The notes under the pieces were generated by a model. The model saw only the letters and a list, made by a program, of their open reading frames with translations. It did no database searches and had not been told where the DNA came from. The position numbers and the translations under genes were made by a program. From a virus (lineage: Duplodnaviria; Caudoviricetes): a stretch of 64,000 nt of DNA. The stretch is taken from positions 16,497 to 80,496 of IMG/VR virus record IMGVR_UViG_3300030372_004928. One strand, given 5' to 3'. The first letter of the stretch is position 1. Every line of letters starts with the position of its first letter. Shown piece by piece: positions 38,905 through 49,684 of this stretch.

Positions 38905-41900
38905 TTACAAATTCTCCATAAATTTTAAATCAATATGCATACCTGTTTTAACATTATGGTTCCACCACTTTAAATTATATCCTTTAATTTTTTTATAATT
39001 TTTACTTCCTTGAATATCTTCACTATTAGCTTCTAACCATTTTAATACTTCTGTTCCTACAGTATTTGTACTATTTATATCTGCCCCCATACCTTTTAAA
39101 TGACCGCTATCTCTAGCACCACCTATACTAGCATTATAACCTATACTTCTTGTTAAAGAAGTAATAAGCATTTCTCCTGCACCATTTGTCATTTGTTTTC
39201 CATTAGTTTTAAGTAATCTTTGAAATTCATTTTTAAATTTTGAATCAAGATAAGCTGCACTACCTATTTCCGTTCCATTTTTAGTTTTAATTGTTGCAAA
39301 AGGTAATTCATTATCTGTTACATGTTTTAATGAACCTAAAGGAACAGAGTAATTATTACTAACTCCTGCAAATTTTTCTAAAATACTTTCAACATCGTAT
39401 AAATCTTTATAACCTTTTTGATAACTTGAATTCCATACAGGTTTACCTTTATTACCAGATTCTTGATCGTATTCATATACTTTTATATCATAAGTTGTAC
39501 TGCCATTAGGTTGTACATTTCTTGTAACTGTTGCTTTTCTATCTGCAGTTAAACTAATAGGTAAATCAAGTTTTTTAATAGTTCCATTTTTTACATCAGG
39601 TGTAGGAGGGAAATTTTGAAACCAAGACAACCTTTGTTCTACATGTGTATGTATTCTTTTAGCTGCATAATCATTTAATTGGTCATAACCTTTATTACCT
39701 GTACCTTCAATTTTAAATACTCCCCCACCTACATCTTTTTGTAATTGCCCTTGTTTTAAATAATCTAAAGTTAAATTAGAAAGAACAGTAGTACCGTCTT
39801 GTTCAAAAAGAATTACTTCTCTACGTTCTGCACCTTTAGATTTATCTTTCGGGTCATTCCAAGTTGTTTCTATAGCTTTATACCCATATCCTACTCCAAA
39901 AATATAATCCATAGTTGGTCCAATTACTGTTAAATTATCAGCATTAATATTTAAACCGCCTGATATTTTACCATTTTTACCTGTTGCCCAATCTTGTTTT
40001 TCTCCTGTCATAGCATCATATACCCCTAAACCCATTAAATTAGATTTTACAAGAGCCGTAGCACGGGAAGAATAATTAGATGTAGCATCTCCTGCTTTAT
40101 CTATAGTACTCATATCTAAAACTGGTACTGCAATACTTTTTTGTTCCCAAATTTCATTAAGATTTTTAGATATTGTTTTCATATCAGAAGTGCCTGTAGA
40201 TGCAATATTTTCTGCTTCTTTAAAATATTCTTTATATTTTGATTTATATTTTGAATTATGTCTTGAACCTTTTAATGCATCATCTTGAAATCTTGTTTCA
40301 TATTCTGTTAATTCATTATATAACTCTAATTGTTTTTTTTGTTGAGCAGTATAATTTTCTCCAAATATAGCACCCATATATGTACCTGGAGGTTTTAAAC
40401 CTAAATTATAAGCTACATTTGCAAAAGAAGAATTTGGAATACCTAAACCAGTACTAAAACCTCTAGAAACTTTTTCCCATACATTCTCAAAATCATCCTT
40501 ACCTATTACTGATCTATATAAACTCTCAAGTTTATTTTTATAAGATTTTATATCATCTAATATAATTGGGTCAGTATCTTTATCTAATTTTCTAAAACCA
40601 CCTTCTGTATCAATTTTTCTACCTAGTTCTTTTTCTGATGCAGCTACTGCTTCTGCATATATTTTTTCGTACATAGCTACATCATCTAAAGCTTTGTCTC
40701 TTAACATAGTTGTATTACTTAATTCAGTTTTATACCCAGAAACATCTCCTCCTTTTGCTTCTTCAGCGAGTATATTTTTATTAATATTTTTTATTGTTTG
40801 TTCATGTACTGCTACATTAGTTACTAAACCTTTTACAATATTATCATAATTAGTTACTGAATTAGGTCTATCTGATAATTTCATACCTCCAGTTAAAGTA
40901 CCTAATGCTATTTGATTAGATAAAAATACTTGTTCATCTCCTCCGTCATTCTTTACTTGGTTTTTCTTTAACCAAGTTGCGTAACTATCTCTAAGATCAG
41001 TTAACATTTCTTTTGTGTAAGAAGCTTTCATTGTAGCTCCTTGTATATCATCTTGTATTCTTACATTTTTAAAATGAAGTTCAGTTAATTCATCATCACT
41101 CATGGCAAAAACTTTATTTTCATCATAACCTAATATATTAACTAAATCTATTTGCATTTTTGTTTTTGCATCTTGAAAACTTTCTCCTCTACTTTCAGCA
41201 TAAATTGTGGGATTAAGTCCATCTCTTTTATATTCAAAAGCAAGTCTCCTATTAATTTTAGGGTCTTGTAACATTTGTTTATGTGCAGCTATAGCAACTT
41301 CTTCAATATCCACTGCTTCTTCTTTCAAAACAAAATTAAGACCTGCTTCCCCTGCTATAAAATCTCTTTCTGCTTTATGCCAAGTTTCTACACCTGTTGT
41401 TGGGTCTACTTTTTTAACGTAACCTTGTCCACCTCCAAGTCCTAAAAATGTGTCTGCTTTATAATTTGCAAGAAAATCATTTGCGGCAGCTCCAATATTT
41501 TGCACTTCAGGTATATTCATTTGTTTCCATTTATTTTCCCATGCTCCTGTTTTTTCATTATAAGTAACTCCACCTCTTTCACTATCTAAACGGTCTGCTT
41601 CTCCTTGAGCGTATATAACATCTTCTTCTTCATATTTTCCTGTAAGAATTCCTGTTTTATTTAATGCTATTTGTGCTTCTCTATCTTTTGCACTTTCTAA
41701 TGCTTTAAGTAACCCACTATTTGTAGCTATATTTTTAGCAGCCATTGATACAGCAGTATTAGCATCTTCATAATTACCTGATATTTTATATGATTCTAAT
41801 TCTTTTTGAAATCCTGCTAAAGCATTTGTTCTTTTACTTTCATCAGACGAATTTAATTTCATTTGAGCCAACATTGTTTCAGCAGTATTCATATTAGAAA

Positions 41901-42051
41901 TAGCTGTGTTGTATTTATCTTGCAATACATCAGCAGTTTCTTTCATTCTATCTATTGGCAAACCAACATAAGTAGGTACATATGCACTATGTGTTAAACT
42001 GCCGAAAGGATTACGAGGTTGTGTATAAGTTGGATATTGTTGTTTAGCCAT
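38905..42051 (-). CDS. Ejected virion protein with C-terminal M15-type (LAS) peptidoglycan peptidase
   Basis: ITSLTRS...SGHLKGMGADI...MHID fits the M15A pattern SxHxxGxAxD...HxD; gene lies next to the RNAP gene. Confidence 0.72.
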   Translation of the reverse strand: MAKQQYPTYTQPRNPFGSLTHSAYVPTYVGLPIDRMKETADVLQDKYNTAISNMNTAETMLAQMKLNSSDESKRTNALAGFQKELESYKISGNYEDANTAVSMAAKNIATNSGLLKALESAKDREAQIALNKTGILTGKYEEEDVIYAQGEADRLDSERGGVTYNEKTGAWENKWKQMNIPEVQNIGAAANDFLANYKADTFLGLGGGQGYVKKVDPTTGVETWHKAERDFIAGEAGLNFVLKEEAVDIEEVAIAAHKQMLQDPKINRRLAFEYKRDGLNPTIYAESRGESFQDAKTKMQIDLVNILGYDENKVFAMSDDELTELHFKNVRIQDDIQGATMKASYTKEMLTDLRDSYATWLKKNQVKNDGGDEQVFLSNQIALGTLTGGMKLSDRPNSVTNYDNIVKGLVTNVAVHEQTIKNINKNILAEEAKGGDVSGYKTELSNTTMLRDKALDDVAMYEKIYAEAVAASEKELGRKIDTEGGFRKLDKDTDPIILDDIKSYKNKLESLYRSVIGKDDFENVWEKVSRGFSTGLGIPNSSFANVAYNLGLKPPGTYMGAIFGENYTAQQKKQLELYNELTEYETRFQDDALKGSRHNSKYKSKYKEYFKEAENIASTGTSDMKTISKNLNEIWEQKSIAVPVLDMSTIDKAGDATSNYSSRATALVKSNLMGLGVYDAMTGEKQDWATGKNGKISGGLNINADNLTVIGPTMDYIFGVGYGYKAIETTWNDPKDKSKGAERREVILFEQDGTTVLSNLTLDYLKQGQLQKDVGGGVFKIEGTGNKGYDQLNDYAAKRIHTHVEQRLSWFQNFPPTPDVKNGTIKKLDLPISLTADRKATVTRNVQPNGSTTYDIKVYEYDQESGNKGKPVWNSSYQKGYKDLYDVESILEKFAGVSNNYSVPLGSLKHVTDNELPFATIKTKNGTEIGSAAYLDSKFKNEFQRLLKTNGKQMTNGAGEMLITSLTRSIGYNASIGGARDSGHLKGMGADINSTNTVGTEVLKWLEANSEDIQGSKNYKKIKGYNLKWWNHNVKTGMHIDLKFMENL

Positions 42052-42075
42052 GATTGATTTTTTATATAAATAGAA

Positions 42076-42108
42076 TATCCCTACTTAATTATACGTTAAG
42101 TAGGGTAT
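42076..42108 (-). terminator. Hairpin between cargo genes, probable terminator or attenuator
   Basis: Perfect 10-bp stem ccctacttaa-ttatacg-ttaagtaggg (42079-42105) with A/T-rich flanks. Confidence 0.55.
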
Positions 42109-42146
42109 TAAATGTTTTTTAATTTTTAAAATTCATAATTTAAGGA

Positions 42147-44669
42147 TTAATTTATTGTTGTATTAGCAAGTCCTGTATTAAGTGCTTCTCTATTAATAAT
42201 ACCTTTTCTATAATCAGAAAATAATTTTTGAATATTTCTATCCCAAACACCATTATCTTTATATTGTTTTTCAAGAAGTTGTACTTCAAACAGGTCTTTA
42301 TTCATTTGATTTCTTTCAGCCATACCCATATTTATTTTTCCAGTTGCACTATTAAGTATTGCTGAAAGTTCACTTCTTTTAGTACCTTCTCTCATAAGGT
42401 CTTGTTGTTTATATGCAGCTTGTGCTTGTGTGTTCATCATAGAAACTTGCTGTTGATTTAATCTATTAGCAGTTTTCAATTTATTTTCTTGATTAATTCT
42501 ATCTTGATGAACCTTATTAAGTTGTGCTTGACCCATAGCTGTAGTTTGTGCCATATTAGCTTTAGCACTTTGTGCACTCGCTGTATTTTGTAAATGCAGT
42601 TTATTCGCATCTCTTGCTGCTTTTTTCATATCATATTCTGTTGCAGCAGTACTAACAGTAGTAGGTAATGGCATTGCATAATAAGTTTCGGGTGTAGGAG
42701 TTTCAGCCATACCTTGAGTAAGTAATAAATTACCTACATCCCCTAGTAAATTTGTACCCATTCCGATTGCTTGACTTGCACCTTGACTCATTCCACCTCC
42801 ACCAGTTTTATTATTTCCTGTAAAATTGTAATTACCACTACCATCTCCAATAGTAGTATATTGAGAAAAATTTGGATCATAATCATAATCTATAGGAGGA
42901 TGATACCCTCCGTGATAATAATTTAATTTACCGCCAGTAGCCATAGAAAATGGTCTAATAGGTTGTGTAACTGTATTATCTCCTTGCATCGCAGGAATAT
43001 TTTGAGCTGCATTTAACATATTTTGTGCACTATTAAATTTTCCTACTCTTTTTTCCATCAAACTTGCATCAGTAATTGGGTTAACTTTTGCTACAGTTGA
43101 AGGAAAATATTGTTTAAGACGATTAAATGTATCCATATTGTGGTCAACGTAATCAATTGATGTTGCATAACCACCTTTTTTTACAGCTTCAAAATATTTT
43201 TGTGGATTTCCTACACTATTTGTAGTACCATGTTTTGCATATCTATCTCTAGCTACTAATTCCACTTGTTTTGCAATTCCTTCTTCTTTTGTTTTAAAAT
43301 GACTAAAAGGAGTTTTTACTAAATAATGAAGTTTTTTATCTTTACCTTTTCCTTTAGTTTTATCTGATGCAAGACCGATAATTGTATTTCCTTCTTTTTT
43401 AGCCCATTCTTTTGCGTAATCTTCTGTAAAATATTCTTTTGTTTGTAAAGGGGGAGTTTGAGGTAGTCCTTCTATTGCTTTATAACCTCCAAAATTATTA
43501 TATTTAGTCGCTAATCCACTTAATCCTTTACCACGTCTACTTTCATGATATAATTGTGATGTTAAAGCTCTAGCATCTATAAATAATCCTAGTTTTTCAA
43601 TTTCTTTTTTAACTATTGGATAATATTCTTTAACAAATGCTTCTTCTTGATTTATTTCAGAAGGAGGAGTTTTACCACCATTTTCATATACATATTTTCC
43701 TCCCATTTTAAATTGGGTTTGTTGACCCATTTGTTGAGCCATTTGTTGTTCTACGCCTTGCTCCATACCTTGTTGTGGCATACCTTGTTGTTGCATCATT
43801 GCTTGTTGCTCCATTGCAGCTTGTTCTTCAGGACTAGGAATACCCATAACTTGTTTCATTTGCTCTTGTGTAGCAAATAATCTTTGTAATTCTCCTTCTA
43901 TTTTATCTATTTGCCTTCTTGCTGAACCTTTAGCATAAATACTACCACTATTCATTTTTTCTTCAAACTTACTTTTCTTTTTACCTAACTCTGCAGCTTT
44001 ATCTGCAAAGGTTACTCCTTTAGAAAATTCAAGTCTATCTGAAAATATATTTTTAGAACCATCCATTTGATTGGATACCACTTCTCCACCTTCTACTTCA
44101 GCATTTCTAGAAAGAGGTACACCACCTTGTTCATGTGATGCACCTTGAACTTCTTGTACATTTGAAGCAAGTTGTTGAAATCCACCTTGTGGACTTTGAC
44201 CTGCCATAGTCATTTGTCCTCCTTGTTGATAATATAATCTTTTTTTCATATTATTTGGTTTTATATTTCCACCATAAGCGACATTATAACTAGCACCTTC
44301 AATGCCTTGTGAAGGAAAATCTTCTAAAAGTTTAGTTTCTATTTCTGATCTTCTATCTTTTCTTTGCTGTTGTGCTTGAGCAAACATTTCTTCTTGCTTT
44401 TCAGCATTATCATCTCCCATAACAGCACCTGAAATAGCACCTGCAATTGTACCTACTGTACCTCCAATAGCTGCTCCCCAAGGTCCACCTACAGTTGCAC
44501 CCAAAGCTGCTCCCGATGCAGTACCTGCAGCTGTTGCACCCCAAAAAGTTTCATTCCATCTTGCTTGATAATCGTAATTATCTGTTAAATCTTTTTCAAC
44601 ACCTCCCCAAGCATACACACTTCTTTGAAGTCGTTTAGCTAATTTTTTTCTAGGTTTTCTTATTTTCAT
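42147..44669 (-). CDS. Cargo/ejection protein with Gly-zipper membrane segment and internal GH73 glucosaminidase domain
   Basis: GATAAGTASGAALGATVGGPWGAAIGG (Gly zipper); HEQGGVPL..AEVEGGE; QLYHESRRG...NNFGGYK...RYAK...GGYATSIDY (GH73) at about 43105-43650. Confidence 0.75.
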   Translation of the reverse strand: MKIRKPRKKLAKRLQRSVYAWGGVEKDLTDNYDYQARWNETFWGATAAGTASGAALGATVGGPWGAAIGGTVGTIAGAISGAVMGDDNAEKQEEMFAQAQQQRKDRRSEIETKLLEDFPSQGIEGASYNVAYGGNIKPNNMKKRLYYQQGGQMTMAGQSPQGGFQQLASNVQEVQGASHEQGGVPLSRNAEVEGGEVVSNQMDGSKNIFSDRLEFSKGVTFADKAAELGKKKSKFEEKMNSGSIYAKGSARRQIDKIEGELQRLFATQEQMKQVMGIPSPEEQAAMEQQAMMQQQGMPQQGMEQGVEQQMAQQMGQQTQFKMGGKYVYENGGKTPPSEINQEEAFVKEYYPIVKKEIEKLGLFIDARALTSQLYHESRRGKGLSGLATKYNNFGGYKAIEGLPQTPPLQTKEYFTEDYAKEWAKKEGNTIIGLASDKTKGKGKDKKLHYLVKTPFSHFKTKEEGIAKQVELVARDRYAKHGTTNSVGNPQKYFEAVKKGGYATSIDYVDHNMDTFNRLKQYFPSTVAKVNPITDASLMEKRVGKFNSAQNMLNAAQNIPAMQGDNTVTQPIRPFSMATGGKLNYYHGGYHPPIDYDYDPNFSQYTTIGDGSGNYNFTGNNKTGGGGMSQGASQAIGMGTNLLGDVGNLLLTQGMAETPTPETYYAMPLPTTVSTAATEYDMKKAARDANKLHLQNTASAQSAKANMAQTTAMGQAQLNKVHQDRINQENKLKTANRLNQQQVSMMNTQAQAAYKQQDLMREGTKRSELSAILNSATGKINMGMAERNQMNKDLFEVQLLEKQYKDNGVWDRNIQKLFSDYRKGIINREALNTGLANTTIN

Positions 44670-44671
44670 AA

Positions 44672-47600
44672 TTATCTATCTGTTTTTGTTCCAGTTATGC
44701 TTAAATCTTTTATATCAATTCCTTTTTGATTAATATTATCATACTGTAACCTAACTACTATAAAATTATTAATAAATTTAGATTTCTTAAAGAATAAACT
44801 ATTATTATTTAAATTACTCAAATTTAATGTACCATCTTCATTTATAATAACAACGTCTTTATTTATAACAATATCTCTAATATCATTAAACATCCAAGTA
44901 TTTAAAGCTTTTCTAATATTATCTGTAGTTATATTTTTATTATTTTTTAGGTCAATAAGTCCTGTACATCTATAATTATCATAGCACATTATTTGTGTTA
45001 TAGTTTCATCAAAAAATCTATCAGTTGCACTAGAATTAATATCATAAATTTCTGATTTCCATAAGACATTTATAAATTTAACAAGAGGTTCAGTAACTAA
45101 AATAACATCTATATATGAAACAAATATTGTTGAATCGACAAAATATTTTCCATATTTATTTTCTTTATTCATTTTGTAAATAGTAGGATAAGTTATTCCT
45201 GCCCCAAGAGCACCAGTATTTCTTAAACAAAAATTTCCTAATCTATTATCATAGTAGCCATTAGGGATATAATCATGATTGCAAACCCATTTATTTATAT
45301 TAAAACTATAACTAAGAGTAAAACTTCCTGTATCATCTAATTTAGTAAATAAAGCTCTATTTTCTTTTTCATCAAATCCTATACAAAGTCCACTATCTAT
45401 AAATGGATTATCTACTTCCTTATTTATTAATTGCCCATATTTTTCTAAATAAAATTTAAGTCCTTCAGATGAAATTTCTTTTAATTCTCCTTTAAAAATA
45501 AATATTCTACAACCTAACATATCCCAAAAGATATATCCATGTTTTGTATTTTTACCTGCCCATAAACTTTGACATCCTGCATAAGAATTTGAACTACTAG
45601 AGATTAATAATTCTTTAGGAGGTCTATCAAAAATATCTCCTGAACCTATATATAATTCAGCATCTTGTGTATTAATAGTATCTTTAGAAGAAGCATAAAA
45701 AGTACTATATTTTTGATGTATTATTAAGCTATTTCCATATTTAGAAATTAAAATAATATGTCCTTTATCTTTAGAGAATAAATCATAATAATCATTTGTT
45801 TTAAAAGTCCTCCAAGAAGCTGTACCATCTTCATTTGAAGAAATTAAACTTCTAGAAATTCTAAATGGAAATGTATCTACAAAAGTAAGACAATCAGTAT
45901 TACAAAGAAAAATAATTTCTTCTGTAAGGTCATTAACACTTGTATAATCCTTATTATAAAGATGCCAAGTAGGTATTCTATATTGAACACTCTTCATATT
46001 AAAATAAACCAATCTAGTTGGTAAAATTGCATTAGCAGCAGCACTCCAACCACCAGGAACTTTTTCAACAAAAGGCTCAACATTTACAAAAGGGTCTAAT
46101 CTTCTAGGAGCGTATACATAATCTTCATTATCGTAACGCATTTCACTATTAGTTACATGTTCTGTAACATAATGTTTTAATATAGTCCAAAAATGTTGTT
46201 CATTAGTACTTCCTCCTGCTGCACTTAATTGTAAACCATGTAATAAACTTATAAAATTAATATGTACATCTCCATTATAAAGAGTATGAGAATCAGATAT
46301 ACCTTTATGTCCTATAGTAACTACTTTTTGAGATGGATAATTAAAGTATAAATCTTTTCTGTGCATAAATAAAGAAACCAATGTACCAAAGCCAGTAAAA
46401 GGAGAAGATGCTTCTAATGGTTCTGGAGCAGAAGCATCATAAAAATAATCAGTTTCAGTATGAACACTAAATTCATTACTTTCTCTAACTTCTCCTCCTT
46501 CTAAATATTCTATTAATAATTCATAATTACTTTTTTCTACTGATTTAAAAGTTTCAAGATAAACTTGAGGTTCATATAATAAATTAAGACCAAATGTTTG
46601 ATTAGCAGTAAGATAATTACCTTGACCTGCAGGTTCAGCGTAATATAAAATAGACTTTAAATAATTAACTTGTAATCTAGGTTTATTTGCTCCTAAATCA
46701 AAATTTCTAACTCTCCATTGTTTTTTTGGAAGTTCAGCTGTAATATCTTTATCTAATAATGTAGTAGCTACTTTAAGATTATTGGTTAAATCTCTTTGTA
46801 AATATCCAAAATATTGACATGTTACTTGGTCAGCAATTTCTGTAGGTACATGAATATCTTCAAATTTGACTCCCATTGCTTTTGTTGTAGTTTTAGCAGT
46901 CTCAAATTCATTTAATTGAATATTTATATTATTATGATCATCAGCAAAAGCAGGATAATCTAAATTACTTTTTCTACTCCATTCAGCTCTTATTTTAAAT
47001 CCTGGGTATAATGTATATTGAAATGTTTTAAATATTTCTCCATCATCATAAACAGTTGCACCTCCATCTAATTTTATTTCTTCATATTCTAAATTACTTC
47101 CTGCATTATTTTTTATTTCAAAATAAAATAAACTTTTAGAATGTGACCATATTTTAATATCAACATCAATTATTACATCACATTGTTGTAAACATACCCA
47201 CTCTAAATTTCCATATGAACCACTAGTTGTAAGAGATAAATAAGCATTACTTGGTGATAAAGAACCAACAAGTGTATCATTAAAATTATACATTCCAAAA
47301 TCAAATCCAGCAGCATCAATCCAAGGCTCAAAATATTCAGGAGGAGAACCTCCAGTTCCTATTTTTCCAAAAAAGTAACCTATAACTTCACTACCTTGAG
47401 CACCTGTTAATTGAGTATAAAATGGACTACTAGGAGTAAATGAATTAAGTTGTACATAACTAGGAAATTTATGATGTCTTACTTTTAAACCTCTAAGATT
47501 ACCTATTACAGTACCTGTATCATCTTTAATATCAGAACAATCTGCATCTGCATATGTTTCAGTTTCATTTTCCCAAAAACCCATTTCTCCTGTACTTTTA

Positions 47601-48928
47601 GCACTATTAAAGAAATGAAAATATTTAGCAGTACCATCTACTAATAATGCTTCAGTAAAATTAGGACTTGTATAACTAGCATCTGCATTTATAGTTGAAA
47701 TTAAAGTTGTATCAGTATATGCACCTAGTCCAATAGTATTTTCTGCTCTACCGGGAATATGATACCATTGACTAATTCTTCCATCTTTTAATCCAAATGC
47801 AGTAACAAAACCATAAACTTCATCAGCAGCAAAACCTTTTTTATCAAACAAAATTACAGGGTCTTTATAAGAACCTGTATATTCTCCTATTTTTATTTCT
47901 TGATCTCTAACCCATTTTACTTTTATATTATTTGCATAAGGTTGATAATCAAAATTTTCTGTTGTTTTTAAATTAGCTAATGTTAAACGATTACTTAAAA
48001 ATAAACCTGTTTGAACTCTTTCAAAAGAAGTATTCGGTACAATAATATCTGCTAATGAAACATCAGTAATATCTTCAGTTTTTGATAATGTTACTGTTAA
48101 AGATGAACCTGTTATATCTAAATCTGGAAAAGTAAATGCTGTTACTATACCGTCTATTCTTGAAACACAAGCAATTCTTACTTTTTTATAATTTTGAGTA
48201 AGACGATTTAAAGTTAATGTTATACTTTTTGAAGTTAAAGTATCTGCTTTTCCTCCATCAATTTGTGCATAAAGATTACTTGTTAAATCTCTAATAATAA
48301 ATACTGGATTTGATAAAGGGGAATAATTTGATATACTATTATCTGGAAGTACATAAGCTTTAGTAAAATAATATGCACCAGTTGTCCATACACCACCTCC
48401 ATCTTCAACAGCATCAAGTACAATATCATTAGGACCAATATCAGGAAATAATTTTAATAATATTAAATCATTTGCATCTAAAGGTCTTTTAGTAGAAGAG
48501 TTTATAGGAAAAGGTAAACAATCTATATTTAAAATTCTAGGTGGATTAGCAGTTGAAGCTAATCCATCCCAAAAAACAATTGTAACTTGTTCTTTAAAAT
48601 TATAAATATAATCTCCTCTTATAGGATTAGCTGTAGTAAAATTTAAATCGGGAGAAGCTAAAATTACAGTATAGCCAGTAGAGTTAAGTAAACCAATTCT
48701 ACTTTCAGTACCATCTATTGTAAATATAACAGCACTTTCACTTAAAGGAATACATCCTATAATTACACCTGATAAATCAGTATCATCAGTAATAGCTTCA
48801 AATCCTTCTTCATTTGATACACTACGTAATTGACGACCAACAACAATATTTCTAGCATGTACCCAAGAACCTGGTGGATTTTTAGAAATATTAGTTTGTT
48901 TATATAAACCTTTTATTAAATCTAGCAT
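44672..48928 (-). CDS. Tail stabilisation / muzzle protein (P22 gp10-like, crAss type)
   Basis: 1418 aa, beta-rich; N-terminal ARNI..., VSNEEGF and C-terminal IGFDEKENRALFT...W...HDY blocks; lies between the ring and cargo genes. Confidence 0.75.
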   Translation of the reverse strand: MLDLIKGLYKQTNISKNPPGSWVHARNIVVGRQLRSVSNEEGFEAITDDTDLSGVIIGCIPLSESAVIFTIDGTESRIGLLNSTGYTVILASPDLNFTTANPIRGDYIYNFKEQVTIVFWDGLASTANPPRILNIDCLPFPINSSTKRPLDANDLILLKLFPDIGPNDIVLDAVEDGGGVWTTGAYYFTKAYVLPDNSISNYSPLSNPVFIIRDLTSNLYAQIDGGKADTLTSKSITLTLNRLTQNYKKVRIACVSRIDGIVTAFTFPDLDITGSSLTVTLSKTEDITDVSLADIIVPNTSFERVQTGLFLSNRLTLANLKTTENFDYQPYANNIKVKWVRDQEIKIGEYTGSYKDPVILFDKKGFAADEVYGFVTAFGLKDGRISQWYHIPGRAENTIGLGAYTDTTLISTINADASYTSPNFTEALLVDGTAKYFHFFNSAKSTGEMGFWENETETYADADCSDIKDDTGTVIGNLRGLKVRHHKFPSYVQLNSFTPSSPFYTQLTGAQGSEVIGYFFGKIGTGGSPPEYFEPWIDAAGFDFGMYNFNDTLVGSLSPSNAYLSLTTSGSYGNLEWVCLQQCDVIIDVDIKIWSHSKSLFYFEIKNNAGSNLEYEEIKLDGGATVYDDGEIFKTFQYTLYPGFKIRAEWSRKSNLDYPAFADDHNNINIQLNEFETAKTTTKAMGVKFEDIHVPTEIADQVTCQYFGYLQRDLTNNLKVATTLLDKDITAELPKKQWRVRNFDLGANKPRLQVNYLKSILYYAEPAGQGNYLTANQTFGLNLLYEPQVYLETFKSVEKSNYELLIEYLEGGEVRESNEFSVHTETDYFYDASAPEPLEASSPFTGFGTLVSLFMHRKDLYFNYPSQKVVTIGHKGISDSHTLYNGDVHINFISLLHGLQLSAAGGSTNEQHFWTILKHYVTEHVTNSEMRYDNEDYVYAPRRLDPFVNVEPFVEKVPGGWSAAANAILPTRLVYFNMKSVQYRIPTWHLYNKDYTSVNDLTEEIIFLCNTDCLTFVDTFPFRISRSLISSNEDGTASWRTFKTNDYYDLFSKDKGHIILISKYGNSLIIHQKYSTFYASSKDTINTQDAELYIGSGDIFDRPPKELLISSSSNSYAGCQSLWAGKNTKHGYIFWDMLGCRIFIFKGELKEISSEGLKFYLEKYGQLINKEVDNPFIDSGLCIGFDEKENRALFTKLDDTGSFTLSYSFNINKWVCNHDYIPNGYYDNRLGNFCLRNTGALGAGITYPTIYKMNKENKYGKYFVDSTIFVSYIDVILVTEPLVKFINVLWKSEIYDINSSATDRFFDETITQIMCYDNYRCTGLIDLKNNKNITTDNIRKALNTWMFNDIRDIVINKDVVIINEDGTLNLSNLNNNSLFFKKSKFINNFIVVRLQYDNINQKGIDIKDLSITGTKTDR

Positions 48929-48937
48929 AATTAAAAT

Positions 48938-49684
48938 TTATTTTTCTATAGCAGGAGAAGTAAATGCACTTATATCAAAATCAGTATTAGCTGTATTAAA
49001 ATAATATTGTTGTTCTGTAAAAAAATCTTCATGTCTATTTATTCTTGGCAATAATTGAATCCAATTTCTTGCAACTTTCGCCATCTTTTCTGGAGTAATA
49101 TGTTTAATACTATTTTGTGCTCTAGGATAATCTCTAAACCAATATTTTTCAGCAGTAAAATAATCAAATACAGGATGTTTATTTCCTCTAGCTAACCATT
49201 TCATTAATATATACCATGTAATTGCATTTGTTACTTTAGTATCATCAGGCACTAAAGGATAACCACATTCGTCTACAGGCATACCGTAATAATATATATA
49301 TCCTTTACCTTTTTCAAATTTAAAATGTAAGAAATTTCCTTTCTTTTGATACCAAGGAAACTTAGAACTTTCTATAGTATTATGAATACTTTCAATACCT
49401 TGAACTCCATTATATAATTCATAATGTACTCCATTTGTATCAGTATCATCTATATTATTAATTAATATACCTGCGATTTCAAGTACATCGCAAGGTATTT
49501 TAACTCTATTGCAAGTTATAGTTAATTTAGCTGTTTTGTTAATATAACAGGGAGCTAATTTCATTATATCTAAAGCTTCTGCAACCCACTCTATTGCATC
49601 TACTTCAAATGCAGTATTTTGAGGTTTAAAATCTCTTATAAATTTTCCTATTATAGCGTTAGCAGAAATATATTGTGTTGCCAT
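48938..49684 (-). CDS. Tail ring / tubular protein (P22 gp4-like)
   Basis: IEWVAEAL, KIPCD, YYYGMPVDECGYPLVPD; position directly upstream of the muzzle gene. Confidence 0.65.
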   Translation of the reverse strand: MATQYISANAIIGKFIRDFKPQNTAFEVDAIEWVAEALDIMKLAPCYINKTAKLTITCNRVKIPCDVLEIAGILINNIDDTDTNGVHYELYNGVQGIESIHNTIESSKFPWYQKKGNFLHFKFEKGKGYIYYYGMPVDECGYPLVPDDTKVTNAITWYILMKWLARGNKHPVFDYFTAEKYWFRDYPRAQNSIKHITPEKMAKVARNWIQLLPRINRHEDFFTEQQYYFNTANTDFDISAFTSPAIEK

